Positions 36,431 to 46,090 of a stretch of 57,459 bases of DNA are shown piece by piece. A model generated the notes under the pieces. The model did no database searches and was not told the DNA's origin. It saw nothing but the letters and a program-made list of their open reading frames with translations. Both the position numbers and the translations under genes were made by a program. The first letter of the stretch is position 1. Every line of letters starts with the position of its first letter. The stretch comes from Myxococcales bacterium (GTDB taxonomy: Bacteria; Myxococcota; Myxococcia; Myxococcales; JAKAPL01), in assembly GCA_035508175.1 (NCBI GenBank), contig DATJNL010000021.1, forward strand, positions 1-57,459. The letters are read 5' to 3'.

Positions 36431-36910
36431 ATGGGCACGTCTTCCAAGATCGTATCGCTCGGCGAGGCCACGCGGCGGGCGGCCGAGATCCGGGCGACGG
36501 GCGGCAAGGTGGCGCTCGCGAACGGCGTCTTCGACGTGCTCCACGTGGGGCACGTCCGCTACCTGGAGGCGGCCCGCCGGCTCGCCGATCTGCTCGCGGT
36601 CGCGGTCAACTCGGACCTGTCGGTCCAGGCGAACCGCGGGCCGGGGCTTCCGCTCGTCCCCGAAGCGGAGCGCGCCGAGATCGTGGCCGCCCTCGCCGCC
36701 GTGGATCTGGTCGTCGTCTTCGGGGAGCGGGACGTGGCCGAGGTCGTGCGCGCGCTTCGCCCGGAGCTCCACGTGAAGGGCACGGACTACCGGGAGGACA
36801 CGGTGCCGGAACGCGCCCTCGTCGAGTCGCTGGGCGGCCGCGTGGTGATCGCAGGCGATCCGAAGGATCACTCGAGCACGGCCCTGCGGGCGCGGATCAA
36901 GGGGGGCTGA
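36431..36910 (+). CDS. hldC: D-beta-D-heptose 1-phosphate adenylyltransferase (RfaE domain II type, stand-alone)
   Basis: The 159-aa ORF has a cytidylyltransferase fold and contains ANGVFDVLHVGHVRYLEAAR...HVKGTDY. Confidence 0.88.
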   Translation: MGTSSKIVSLGEATRRAAEIRATGGKVALANGVFDVLHVGHVRYLEAARRLADLLAVAVNSDLSVQANRGPGLPLVPEAERAEIVAALAAVDLVVVFGERDVAEVVRALRPELHVKGTDYREDTVPERALVESLGGRVVIAGDPKDHSSTALRARIKGG

Positions 36911-36916
36911 GCGGTC

Positions 36917-37969
36917 GTGCGCCTCCTGATGTTGACCACCGAGCGCGGCTTCCGGGGGGGCGAGGTTCAGCTGATGCTCTCGGCCGCGGAGCTCGCGCGA
37001 CGGGGCCACGAGGTGCACGTCGGTGCGCCGGTGGATGGCGAGCTCGGGGCGCGGCTGCCTGCGGCCGTCCCGCTCCACCCGTTCCGGGCTCGCAACGACC
37101 TGGATCTCGGTGCTGCCGCACGGCTCCGCGTGCTGACCGCGCGGGTGCGGCCCGACCTGGTACACGCCTTCACCCCCCGGGCACAGGCGGTGGCGCGGCT
37201 CGCCTTGCGGCGCCATCCACCGCTCGTGGCCAGCCGGCTGGTGGGATTCCGGGCAGGGAAAGGCCTCGGAGGCCGGCTCAAGTACCGGGGCGTCGCCGGC
37301 TACGCAGCCGTCTCGGCGGACGCCGTCGCGGCGCTGGTCCGGGCTGGAGTCGAGGAGGCGCGCGTGCGGCTCGTGCCAAGCGCCGTGTCGCCCGCGTTTC
37401 GGCCGCGCTCCCCGCAGCGGGAGGCGAAAGCGATAGTGGGCTGCGTGGCGGCTCTCGTGCCGGGCAAGGGCCACGCCGACTTGCTCGCCGCCTGCGCGTC
37501 GCTCGTGCCACGCTTTCCCACTCTCGAGCTGCGCCTGGTCGGCGATGGGCCGGAGCGGTCTCGTCTCCAGCGGCTGGTGGAACAACTCGGCCTCGAGACG
37601 CGGGTGCGCTGGCTGGGGCAGCTCGGAGGCGCCGAGGAGGTCGAGGCGGTGCTCGCCGGCTGGGACGTCTTCGCGTTGCCCTCGCACGCGGAGGGCCTGC
37701 CCACGGCCGTCCTCGAGGCGATGGCCGTGGGGGTGCCAGTGGTCGCGGCGGCCGTGGGCGGCGTTCCCGAGATCGTCCGGGACGGGGACAGCGGCCGGCT
37801 GGTGGCGCCGCACGACGTCGCGGCGCTCGCGAACGCCCTCGCGGACCTTCTCGCTTCGCCGGAGCGGCGGGCGCAGCTCTCCGCCGGCGGGAGACGCGTC
37901 GCCGAGGCCCATTCGGTCGCAGCAGCGGTCGACGCGCTGGAGGCCCTTTACGCCCTCGTTGCACCCTGA
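36917..37969 (+). CDS. Glycosyltransferase, GT4 family
   Basis: The 350-aa ORF has a GT-B C-terminal motif, PSHAEGLPTAVLEAMAVGVPVVAAAVGGVPEIV. Confidence 0.85.
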   Translation: MRLLMLTTERGFRGGEVQLMLSAAELARRGHEVHVGAPVDGELGARLPAAVPLHPFRARNDLDLGAAARLRVLTARVRPDLVHAFTPRAQAVARLALRRHPPLVASRLVGFRAGKGLGGRLKYRGVAGYAAVSADAVAALVRAGVEEARVRLVPSAVSPAFRPRSPQREAKAIVGCVAALVPGKGHADLLAACASLVPRFPTLELRLVGDGPERSRLQRLVEQLGLETRVRWLGQLGGAEEVEAVLAGWDVFALPSHAEGLPTAVLEAMAVGVPVVAAAVGGVPEIVRDGDSGRLVAPHDVAALANALADLLASPERRAQLSAGGRRVAEAHSVAAAVDALEALYALVAP

Positions 37970-37978
37970 GCGGCGAGG

Positions 37979-38770
37979 TTGGCGCGAAGCCCCTCCCGCA
38001 TGCTACTTCCCCGCTGCATGAGGCTCGCGCTCGCGTTCTTTGCGGCGACCGCTTGCCGTGCGGAGGTGCCGGTGCTGCTCTACCACGAGGTCGGCTGTGG
38101 CACGCACGATGCGCGCGACGTGCCGGCGGCCCAGCTGGACGAGGAGCTCAGCTGGCTCGAGGGTCACGGCTACCACTACGTGACCGCGCGGGACGCGCTG
38201 ACGCCCGGCGCGGCGCTGCCTGCGCAGCCCGTCGCCATCACCTTCGACGATGGCGCCGCCTGCCTGTACTCAGCGGCGTTCCCGGTGCTGCAGAAGCATC
38301 ACGCTCCCTTCGAGCTGTTCCTCGTGAGCGGGTGGGTGACGGCGGATCCAGCCTCTCGCCACCTCCAGAAGCTCGAGGATGGCGAGGAGGTGAGCACGCT
38401 CGTCTGGCCGGAGGTGGCGGTGATGGCCCGCTCGGGACTGGCGAGCCTGGGAGCGCACGGCCGCGGCCACCTGTACCTCCGCCGTCTCGGCGGCGCTGCG
38501 CTGACCGACGAGGTCGCCGGCTCGCGGCAGGACGTCGCTGCCGCCGCAGGCGCGCCGGTCGACCTCTTCGCCTATCCGTTCGGGGCCTTCGATTCGTCGA
38601 CGCTGGAAGCCGTCCGGCTCTCCGGCTACGCCGGGGCGTACGCGGTGGGCGTGGGGCCGGGCGGGACGTTCGCCTACCGCCGCCGCTCGGTGCACCGGGG
38701 GCTGAGCGACGACGATTTCGCGAGGTTGCTCTCGCGCCGCTGGATCTTCCCCCTCTGGAACCACGACTGA
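37979..38770 (+). CDS. Polysaccharide deacetylase (NodB homology domain), secreted
   Basis: It contains VAITFDDG, an LGAHGRGH region and a signal-like MRLALAFFAATAC. The true start is probably the ATG at 38018. Confidence 0.78.
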   Translation: MARSPSRMLLPRCMRLALAFFAATACRAEVPVLLYHEVGCGTHDARDVPAAQLDEELSWLEGHGYHYVTARDALTPGAALPAQPVAITFDDGAACLYSAAFPVLQKHHAPFELFLVSGWVTADPASRHLQKLEDGEEVSTLVWPEVAVMARSGLASLGAHGRGHLYLRRLGGAALTDEVAGSRQDVAAAAGAPVDLFAYPFGAFDSSTLEAVRLSGYAGAYAVGVGPGGTFAYRRRSVHRGLSDDDFARLLSRRWIFPLWNHD

Positions 38771-38773
38771 CCG

Positions 38774-39916
38774 ATGAACGTTCTCCTCACCGTCGCTTCT
38801 TCCTCCGTGACCGGCCCCGCCGAGCGCCTCTTCGGCAATGCCCGGTGTCTCACGGCCGCCGGCCACGAGGCGCGGGTGGCGTTCGACACCGTGAGGCCCG
38901 GCAACCTCGCGGAGCGCGCCCGCGCCGAGGGAGTGGCGCTCGAGGAGGGCCTCGCGCTGTCTCGCAAGCCCACGCCGCGGCAGATCGTGCATGACCTGGG
39001 CCGGCTGCGGGCCCTGCTGCGCGAGCGCCGCGCGGACATCGTCCACAGCCACTTCTCGCACGATCACCACCTGGCGCTCATCTCGTCGGCGGGCCTGCGG
39101 GGGCCGCTCCGGATCGTGCGGGCCGCGGAGACCGAGGCGAACCTGACCCCCACGGTGGCGCGGCGCCTCGCCTACCGGCGTACCGACGGGCTCGAGGTAG
39201 CGACGCGTGGGCGCGCCCGGGCGCTGGTGGAGGGATTGGGCGTCGACCCGCTGCGCGTGGGGGTTCTGCCAGGCGCGGTGGATCCCGTGCACTTCTCGCC
39301 GACCGTCCACGGCCGGCCCTCGGAGCTGCGCCGCCGGCTCGGCATCGCCGCGGACGTGTTGCTCGTAGGGATCGTGGCGCGCCTGAAGCCCGAGCGGCGG
39401 CACGCGGAGCTCGTCGAGGCCGTGGCCTCGCTGCGTGGCGGGTTCCCCCGGCTGCGTCTCGCCATCGTCGGGCGCGGGGAAGGTGAGCAGGCGCTGCGCG
39501 TGCAGGTGGAGCGGCTGGGCCTCCAGCGGGAGGTGCTCTTCGCAGGCTACTGGGCGGGCGACGACCTCGTGGAGGCCTACCGAGGCCTCGACATTGCCGT
39601 GTGGCTCGCGGACGGCAACGACGGCAGCGCACGAGGGTTGCTCGAGGCCATGGCCTGCGGCCTTCCAGTCGTCGCGGGCGCCGCGGGCGCGGCCTCCGAG
39701 ATCGTGCGCGAGGAGAGGACCGGCTGCCTGGTCCCGCCCGGCGACGTCCCAGGCCTGGCGCGAGCGCTGGCGCGGCTGGCCGGAAGTGCCGCCGACCGGC
39801 GTGCCTTCGGAGAGGCCGCCCGGCAGCGCGTGATGGCGCGCTTCACCTGGGCCCAGCGCGGCCCCGCGCTCCTCGAGTTCTACCGCCACGTGCAGGAATT
39901 GCCCGCCGCGGCTTGA
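38774..39916 (+). CDS. Glycosyltransferase, GT4 family
   Basis: The 380-aa ORF contains GSARGLLEAMACGLPVVAGAAGAASEIVREERTGCLV, the E-x7-E region. Confidence 0.85.
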   Translation: MNVLLTVASSSVTGPAERLFGNARCLTAAGHEARVAFDTVRPGNLAERARAEGVALEEGLALSRKPTPRQIVHDLGRLRALLRERRADIVHSHFSHDHHLALISSAGLRGPLRIVRAAETEANLTPTVARRLAYRRTDGLEVATRGRARALVEGLGVDPLRVGVLPGAVDPVHFSPTVHGRPSELRRRLGIAADVLLVGIVARLKPERRHAELVEAVASLRGGFPRLRLAIVGRGEGEQALRVQVERLGLQREVLFAGYWAGDDLVEAYRGLDIAVWLADGNDGSARGLLEAMACGLPVVAGAAGAASEIVREERTGCLVPPGDVPGLARALARLAGSAADRRAFGEAARQRVMARFTWAQRGPALLEFYRHVQELPAAA

Positions 39917-39931
39917 GCGGCCGGTCGATCC

Positions 39932-40780
39932 ATGGCGGTGCCCGCGGTGCAGGTGATCGTGACGACGTACGAGCAGCCCCGCTACCTGGAGCTCGTCCTC
40001 CTCGCGCTCGAGCGGCAGAGCGCGCGCGAGTTCGGTCTCGTCGTGGCGGACGACGGGTCGGGCCACGAGACGCGGGAGGTCGTGGAGCGCGCTCGAAAAC
40101 GAAGGCCGGTCCTGCACCTCTGGCAGCGGAACCGCGGCTTCCGCAAGTGCCGGGCGCTCAACCGGGCCGTGGCGGCGGCGACGGCGGAATACCTGGTCTT
40201 CCTCGACGGAGACTCGCTGCCGCGGCGGGATTGGCTGGCGCGGCACCTCGCCGCGGCGGCACCGGGTCGTTACCTCGCGGGCCGGCTCGTGCGTTTCGAT
40301 CGCGACCTGTCCGGGCGGGTCGTCGCCGCCGACGTGGAGAGCGGCCGCTTCGCGCGGCGGGGCTTTCTCTGGCGTGAATGGCGCGCCGGTCACCTGGCGC
40401 AGAAGCCACAGTACGCCTTCGTGCCGGCGGCGCTGGGCGCGGCGCTTTTTCGCCGCGACGGCGGGAGCTGGACCGGCGCGAACTGCTCGGCCTGGCGGGC
40501 GGACGTCCTGGCGGTCAACGGCTTCGACGAGCGGCTGGGCTACGGCTTCGAGGACACGGACTTCGGCTGGCGGCTAGGCTTGCATGGCGTGCGGCGGCGC
40601 TCGGTGCGCTACGCCGCGCTCGCGTTCCACCTCGATCACGATCGGTCCTGGCGGGACGAGGCGGCGATGGCGAAGCACCGTGCGCTGGCCGAGGAGAGCT
40701 TGCGGCTGGGCGCGTGGCGGTGCTACCACGGCATCGATCGGCTGGCGGCCGGCGCAGAGCTGGAGGACCGGGCGGCCTGA
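39932..40780 (+). CDS. Glycosyltransferase, GT2 family
   Basis: The 282-aa ORF contains VQVIVTTYEQPRYLELVLLAL...VVADDGS...FLDGDSLP, with a DxD motif. Confidence 0.85.
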   Translation: MAVPAVQVIVTTYEQPRYLELVLLALERQSAREFGLVVADDGSGHETREVVERARKRRPVLHLWQRNRGFRKCRALNRAVAAATAEYLVFLDGDSLPRRDWLARHLAAAAPGRYLAGRLVRFDRDLSGRVVAADVESGRFARRGFLWREWRAGHLAQKPQYAFVPAALGAALFRRDGGSWTGANCSAWRADVLAVNGFDERLGYGFEDTDFGWRLGLHGVRRRSVRYAALAFHLDHDRSWRDEAAMAKHRALAEESLRLGAWRCYHGIDRLAAGAELEDRAA

Positions 40781-40789
40781 GGTGACGGC

Positions 40790-40963
40790 ATGGCGCTAAG
40801 CAAGGAACTCAAGGAGCTGCTCGTGTGCCCCAAGTGCAAGGGGGAGCTCGAGTTTCACGAAGAGAAGGGCGAGATCCACTGCCGCGCCTGCAAGCTCGTC
40901 TACGCCATCCAGGACGACATCCCGATCATGTTGATCGACGAGGCCCGGCCGCTGCAGGGCTAG
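40790..40963 (+). CDS. Trm112/YcaR-family small zinc-ribbon protein (UPF0434)
   Basis: A 57-aa ORF absent from the track: MALSKELKELLVCPKCKGELEFHEEKGEIHCRACKLVYAIQDDIPIMLIDEARPLQG. It has CPxC...CxxC and the DIPIML motif. Confidence 0.88.
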   Translation: MALSKELKELLVCPKCKGELEFHEEKGEIHCRACKLVYAIQDDIPIMLIDEARPLQG

Positions 40964-40972
40964 ATTGGCCTC

Positions 40973-41956
40973 GTGCGGATCGTCGTCTGGCAGCCCGCCT
41001 ACCTCGGCGACGTCGTCTTCGCCGGGCCGCTGACGCGGGCCGTGGCAGATGCGTGGCCGGGTGCCGAGCTGGTCTTCGTCGCGCGGCCACCGGCGGACGA
41101 GATCGCACGCCGGCTTCCCGGGGTCAGCCGCGTCGTCACGTATGACAAGCTCGGGCACGACCGTGGTCTGCGCGGCGCGCACCGCGTCCTGCGCGAGCTG
41201 CGTGCGTTCCGCCCGGAGCTGTGGCTCTCGCTGCACGGCTCGCTGCGGAGCGGCCTGTTTGCCCGCGCGGCATCGCCGGGCAGGAGCATCGGGCCGGGCG
41301 GGCAGCCGGGCTCGCCGTTCTTCGAGGTCACGGTTCCGATGGAGAGCTTGGCCTTTCCGCAACGCGCGGTGGCGGTCGCACGGGCGGCCGGAGTCGCCGC
41401 GCGGCCGGAGCTCGAGCTCCGGCCGACCGAGGCGGAGCGGGCCACGGGGAGGAGGTTGGTGGGCGAGGGTCCAGCGGTGGGCGTCATACCCGGAAGCGAG
41501 TGGGAGACCAAGCGCTGGCCCGCGGCTCGTTTCGCCGAGCTGGCGCGACTGCTGCTCCGGCGAGGGCGCCGGCCGGTCCTGCTCGGGGCGCCCGGCGAGC
41601 GGCCGCTGTGCGCCCAGATCGCGGCCGAGGCCCCGGGCTGCCTCGATCTATGCGGTGGCTCGGTTTCGGAAGCGCTGGGCGTGCTGGCCGCCTGCGAGGC
41701 GGCGGTCGGTGGCGACAGCGGGCTCGTGCACGCGGCGCGCGCCCTCGGCGCCCCGGCGGTCGTCCTCTTCGGGCCGACGGATCCCGGCCGGCACGTCGCC
41801 GCGGCTGGACAGGCGTTCGTGAGCCTGGGGCTCCCGTGCGCGCCTTGCAGCGACCACGGGACGCGCCGCTGCCCGCTCGCGCACCACCGCTGTCTCGTCG
41901 ATCTGGCGGCCGAACGGGTGGACCGGGAGATCGGGGCCGTCGAAGGGATGGCCTGA
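40973..41956 (+). CDS. Heptosyltransferase-type glycosyltransferase, GT9 family
   Basis: The 327-aa ORF contains MRIVVWQPAYLGDVVFAGPL...GGDSGLVHAARALGAPAVVLFGPTDP. Confidence 0.85.
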   Translation: MRIVVWQPAYLGDVVFAGPLTRAVADAWPGAELVFVARPPADEIARRLPGVSRVVTYDKLGHDRGLRGAHRVLRELRAFRPELWLSLHGSLRSGLFARAASPGRSIGPGGQPGSPFFEVTVPMESLAFPQRAVAVARAAGVAARPELELRPTEAERATGRRLVGEGPAVGVIPGSEWETKRWPAARFAELARLLLRRGRRPVLLGAPGERPLCAQIAAEAPGCLDLCGGSVSEALGVLAACEAAVGGDSGLVHAARALGAPAVVLFGPTDPGRHVAAAGQAFVSLGLPCAPCSDHGTRRCPLAHHRCLVDLAAERVDREIGAVEGMA

Positions 41957-41962
41957 GCCGCC

Positions 41963-43063
41963 GTGCCGGTGCTCCTCGGCAAGCTGAGAGGCTTCGGTCG
42001 CGCCCTGCTCGTCGGCGTGTTGCGGCTCTTGCTGCCCCTCTCGGGGGACGAGGTGCCGGTCGACCCGAAGACGGTCCACTCGGTCCTGGTGATTCGCACG
42101 GACGACCGCGTGGGCAACCTGCTGCTCACGACCCCGCTCCTCGCGGCGCTGCGAGAGGGGCTGCCCCACGCGCGGCTCGGTCTTCTCTGCGCGGCGCGGC
42201 GGGCACCAGCGATCGAAGGGACGGGGCTCTACGACGAGCTGTGGCCCTTCGAGAAGCGCGACTTCTTCGTACGGCCCTGGCGTTTCGTGGCCTTCTGCCT
42301 GCGGCTCAGGCGGGCGCGCTACGAGGTGGCCATCGAGGCTGGCCACTGGCACGCCTTCTCGTTCACCGCAGGGGCGCTCGCCCTCTGGAGCGGCGCCCGC
42401 GTGCGCGTGGGCCACCGACGCGGCGAGTCGGCGCGGCTTCTCACGCACGCAGTCGCAAAGGATCCGGCCGTGACGTACGATCCGGAGTCGAAGCTCGAGT
42501 TGCTTCGACCCCTCGGACTCGCGCCGACGGCTCGTCCGCCGCTCGCCACCCGCTTGGGCGAAGCGAGCCGCAGGCGCTTCGAAGAGCTGTTTGCCCGCAG
42601 GCCCGTCCTGCTCGTGAACCCGGGCGGGCGCAAGGCCGACCACCGCTGGAGCGCGGACGCGTTTGCCGCGGCGGCGCGGGCGGTCGCGGCCAAGCTGGCC
42701 CTCGACGTCTGGATCGCCTGGGGGCCGGGAGAGGAGGCGATCGCCTGCGAGGTGGAGGCGCTGACGCCCGGAGCGAGGCGCCTGCCTCCCACGAACCTCG
42801 AGGAGCTGGCCGGCGCGCTGCGGGCCGCTGCGCTCGTGATCACGAACGACACGGGGCCGATGCACCTCTCCGTGGCGGTGGGAACGCCGACGCTGGCCGT
42901 CGTGCTGACCGGCGACTGGCGCCGATGGGCAGAGCCCGGGCCACGGCTCGGCGCCGTGCCGGTCCAAGGTCTGTCCGAGTCCGAGGCGGCGGCGAAAATC
43001 GCCGAGGCCGGCGCCGCGCTGCTCGAGGCGGGGCGAGGATCCGCAGCCGCCTCCCACGCTTGA
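41963..43063 (+). CDS. Heptosyltransferase-type glycosyltransferase, GT9 family (second copy)
   Basis: The 366-aa ORF contains VLVIRTDDRVGNLLLTTPLL...ITNDTGPMHLSVAVGTPTLAV. Confidence 0.83.
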   Translation: MPVLLGKLRGFGRALLVGVLRLLLPLSGDEVPVDPKTVHSVLVIRTDDRVGNLLLTTPLLAALREGLPHARLGLLCAARRAPAIEGTGLYDELWPFEKRDFFVRPWRFVAFCLRLRRARYEVAIEAGHWHAFSFTAGALALWSGARVRVGHRRGESARLLTHAVAKDPAVTYDPESKLELLRPLGLAPTARPPLATRLGEASRRRFEELFARRPVLLVNPGGRKADHRWSADAFAAAARAVAAKLALDVWIAWGPGEEAIACEVEALTPGARRLPPTNLEELAGALRAAALVITNDTGPMHLSVAVGTPTLAVVLTGDWRRWAEPGPRLGAVPVQGLSESEAAAKIAEAGAALLEAGRGSAAASHA

Positions 43064-43096
43064 CTGCGCCGGCGGATGCTCCTAGACCCGTCCCGC

Positions 43097-43975
43097 ATGG
43101 CGCGCAGCATGACGGGCTTCGGAGCGGGAGGCGCCACGGTCGGCGGCGAGCGCATCTCCGTCGAGATCCGTGCCGTGAACCACAAGTTTTGCGAGGTGAA
43201 GGCGCGGCTACCGCGGGAGCTTCTCTCGCTCGAGCCCGGGCTCATCGAACGGATTCGGGCGCGGGTCACCCGCGGTGCCATCGACGTGAGCGTACACCAC
43301 GCACGGGGGCAGGGATCCGCGGCCGTCCCCCGAGTCGATCTCGGCCTGGCGCGCGAATACGCGGCGGCCTTCCGGGAGATGTCGTCGGCGCTCGGCCTGA
43401 CGGAGCCACTTTCGGCCCGCACCATCTTCGAGGCCGAGGGGGTGGTGCGCCTGGAGGAGCGGCCGGCCGATCTGGCGGCCGCTGGTCAGGCCCTGGGGCA
43501 AGCCGCCGATCAGGCCCTCGAAGCGCTCGTGGCCATGCGGGCCGAGGAGGGCCGGGCGCTGGCGTGCGACCTCTCTCAGCACCTCGACCGGCTGCGCGCG
43601 CTCGTCCTGCAATTGCGCGAGCTGGCCCCCAGCGTGCGGCAGGAGGAGCGGGAGCGGTTTCTCGCGCGCGTGAAGGAGCTGGCGGCCGGGCAGCCGGTCG
43701 CCCCGGAGCGCCTGGCCCAGGAGGTCGCCATTCAGGCGGAGCGGGCCGACGTCGAGGAGGAGCTCTCCCGTCTCGAGAGTCACCTCGAACAGCTGCGCCA
43801 GATGCTCGCGAGCGGCGAGGCGGTGGGGCGCCGCATGGACTTCCTGATCCAGGAAGTGCACCGGGAGATCAACACGGTCGGGAGCAAGTCGCAGAGCGCC
43901 CCGATCGCGACGCTGGTTGTGGATCTCAAGGCCGAGGCCGAGCGGTTCCGTGAGCAGGTCCAGAACGTGGAGTGA
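43097..43975 (+). CDS. yicC: YicC-family stress-induced protein (putative endoribonuclease)
   Basis: It begins MARSMTGFG and ends with DFLIQEVHREINTVGSKSQ. The start was chosen at the internal ATG of track ORF 43076..43975. Confidence 0.9.
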   Translation: MARSMTGFGAGGATVGGERISVEIRAVNHKFCEVKARLPRELLSLEPGLIERIRARVTRGAIDVSVHHARGQGSAAVPRVDLGLAREYAAAFREMSSALGLTEPLSARTIFEAEGVVRLEERPADLAAAGQALGQAADQALEALVAMRAEEGRALACDLSQHLDRLRALVLQLRELAPSVRQEERERFLARVKELAAGQPVAPERLAQEVAIQAERADVEEELSRLESHLEQLRQMLASGEAVGRRMDFLIQEVHREINTVGSKSQSAPIATLVVDLKAEAERFREQVQNVE

Positions 43976-43978
43976 TCG

Positions 43979-44617
43979 ATGGCATCCCCGCTGCTGCTGA
44001 TCCTGTCGGCGCCCTCCGGCGCCGGAAAGACCACGCTGGCACGCTACCTCCTGGCGGCGGAGCCGGACGCGCGCCTGTCGGTGAGCACGACGACGCGGGC
44101 CCCTCGCGGCCAAGAGGTGGAGGGACGCGACTACCACTTCGTCGGGGAGGCGGAGTTTCAGCGCATGGTGGAGGGAGGCGAGTTTCTCGAATGGGCGCGC
44201 GTGCACGGCTTTCGATACGGCACGAGTCGCATGGTGGTCGAGCGGGCGCTGCGCGAGGCCGCCTCGCTCACCATCTTCGACATCGACGTCCAGGGCGGCA
44301 GCGCCATCAAGAGCCAGTTCCCGCAGGCGGTCACGGTCTTCATCCTGCCGCCCAGCCTCGCAGAGCTCGAGGCGCGGCTGCGGGGCCGTGGCACGGACAG
44401 CGAGGAAGTGATTCAGCTGCGGCTCGAGGCGGCGCGCTCCGAGATCCTGCGCGGCCTCGCGGAGTACGATTATCTCGTCGTGAACCGGGTCCTCGAGGAA
44501 GCGGGCGCCGACCTCAGCGCGATCGTGCGTGCCGCCCGCTGTCGCGCCACGTACATGCGCGATGAGCTGCGCGAGGCCTTCGGCGCCAGCCGGAGCTCGC
44601 CGGCGCCGCGGGGGTAG
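43979..44617 (+). CDS. gmk: Guanylate kinase
   Basis: The 212-aa ORF contains LLLILSAPSGAGKTTL...STTTRAPRGQEVEGRDYHFV. Confidence 0.95.
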   Translation: MASPLLLILSAPSGAGKTTLARYLLAAEPDARLSVSTTTRAPRGQEVEGRDYHFVGEAEFQRMVEGGEFLEWARVHGFRYGTSRMVVERALREAASLTIFDIDVQGGSAIKSQFPQAVTVFILPPSLAELEARLRGRGTDSEEVIQLRLEAARSEILRGLAEYDYLVVNRVLEEAGADLSAIVRAARCRATYMRDELREAFGASRSSPAPRG

Positions 44618-44626
44618 GGCTTGCCG

Positions 44627-45133
44627 TCATCGGCCGAAGGTACCGATCAGCGTGCCTTCGGCCAGCACGTGTCCGCGCATGGCGCGACGGAGGTCCGCGG
44701 CCGACGCGCCGGCCGGCAGTGTGAGCTCTCGATCCAGCGCGAAGACCTTGAAGTGGTAGTGGTGGGGGGCGCCAGGCGGGGGGCACGGACCGCCGTAACC
44801 GTCTCGACCGAAGTCGTTGCCTCCCGATCGCCCGGCCGCGGCTCCTCCCTCGTCCAAGCTGCGAGTCCCGGCCGGGATCCCGTAGAGCACCCAGTGGACG
44901 AACGCGCCGCCGGGCGCATCCGGATCCTCGACGAGCAGGGCGAAGCTTCGCGTCCCGGTCGGCGGGGCGCTCCAGTGCAACTCGGGCGGAAGGTCGGCTC
45001 CCGCGCAGGTGAAGCGGCCGGGGATGGCTCCGCCTGCCGCGAACGAGGTGCTCCCGACCTGCAAGGTTCCCAGAGCGCCGGCCGCCATCGTCATCATGAC
45101 TTGGAGCATCGATCCCTCCTCCGCCTCTGGCAA
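44627..45133 (-). CDS. YbhB/YbcL-family PEBP (Raf-kinase-inhibitor-like) protein
   Basis: The 168-aa ORF contains FALLVEDPDAPGGAFVHWVLYGIP...GGPCPPPGAPHHYHFKVFAL. Confidence 0.88.
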   Translation of the reverse strand: MPEAEEGSMLQVMMTMAAGALGTLQVGSTSFAAGGAIPGRFTCAGADLPPELHWSAPPTGTRSFALLVEDPDAPGGAFVHWVLYGIPAGTRSLDEGGAAAGRSGGNDFGRDGYGGPCPPPGAPHHYHFKVFALDRELTLPAGASAADLRRAMRGHVLAEGTLIGTFGR

Positions 45134-45232
45134 GGCAGTTTAGCCGACCGGCACGGGCAGGGCGAGCGGTTCGGTCCCGGCGCGGCGCAGCGTTCGCCGC
45201 CGACCGGCGCAAGTTCGTGGTAAGGTCTGCCG

Positions 45233-46087
45233 GTGACCTCGTTGCGCCGTCTCGTTGCCGCCGTCTCCCTCCTCGCGCTCGCTGTTTCCTGTCGCCGCTG
45301 CGGCCGTCTGCCTGGCGAGGCCGGCAAGCCCGCGGCGGACGCGGGCCGGCCCGGGGTCGTCGTTCGGCCCGTGACGCCTCCCGTCTGGGAGCGCCACGTC
45401 GTGAAGCAGACGCCCCGGGGCCGCCAGGTCTCGGCGGCGCAGATCGTCATCTGCTGGAAGGGGACGCCCGCGACCTGGGTGCCACAGCGGGCCCGCCAGC
45501 GGACCCTCGAGGAGGCACGGGCCCTGGCCGAAGAGGTGGTCGCCAAAGCGCGAGCCGGCGCCGACTTCGCCGAGCTGGCGGTCAAGTACAGCGACTGGCC
45601 GCTGGCCGACCGCAAGATCGCGTCGGGCTACGGGGGACGCCTCGGCCTCTTGACCGAGGGCACGTCGGGCTATCCGGAGGCCTACAAGCGGATCTTCGAG
45701 CTAAAGGTCGGAGAGGTCAGTGACCCGGTGCCGAGTAACTTCGGCCTTCACGTCTTCAAGAGGTTGCCGGCCGTACGTCTCGGGCAAATCCTGGTGACCC
45801 ACGAGGGGGCCGGCAGGGTGCATGCGCCGCGCACCGAGGCGGAGGCCCGGCAGCTGGCACAGAAGATCGAGGATGAGCTGGCCTCCGGGAAGAGCTTTGC
45901 CGACGAGGCGTTTGCGTATTCCGACGACGTGGGCTCCGCGGGGCGGGGTGGCGACATCGGTTCGTTCGAGCGGGAAGATCTCATCCCGTCCGACCTGCGC
46001 GACGAGGCGAAGCGGTTGCGGGTCGGGCAGATCTCCGCCCCGTTCGAGACACCGATTGGGCTCGTGATCCTGCAGAGGACCGAGTAG
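45233..46087 (+). CDS. Parvulin-type peptidyl-prolyl isomerase lipoprotein (two rotamase-like modules)
   Basis: It has the lipobox LALAVSC and GGDIGSFEREDLIPSDL...ISAPFETPIGLVILQR. Confidence 0.82.
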   Translation: MTSLRRLVAAVSLLALAVSCRRCGRLPGEAGKPAADAGRPGVVVRPVTPPVWERHVVKQTPRGRQVSAAQIVICWKGTPATWVPQRARQRTLEEARALAEEVVAKARAGADFAELAVKYSDWPLADRKIASGYGGRLGLLTEGTSGYPEAYKRIFELKVGEVSDPVPSNFGLHVFKRLPAVRLGQILVTHEGAGRVHAPRTEAEARQLAQKIEDELASGKSFADEAFAYSDDVGSAGRGGDIGSFEREDLIPSDLRDEAKRLRVGQISAPFETPIGLVILQRTE

Positions 46088-46090
46088 GTC

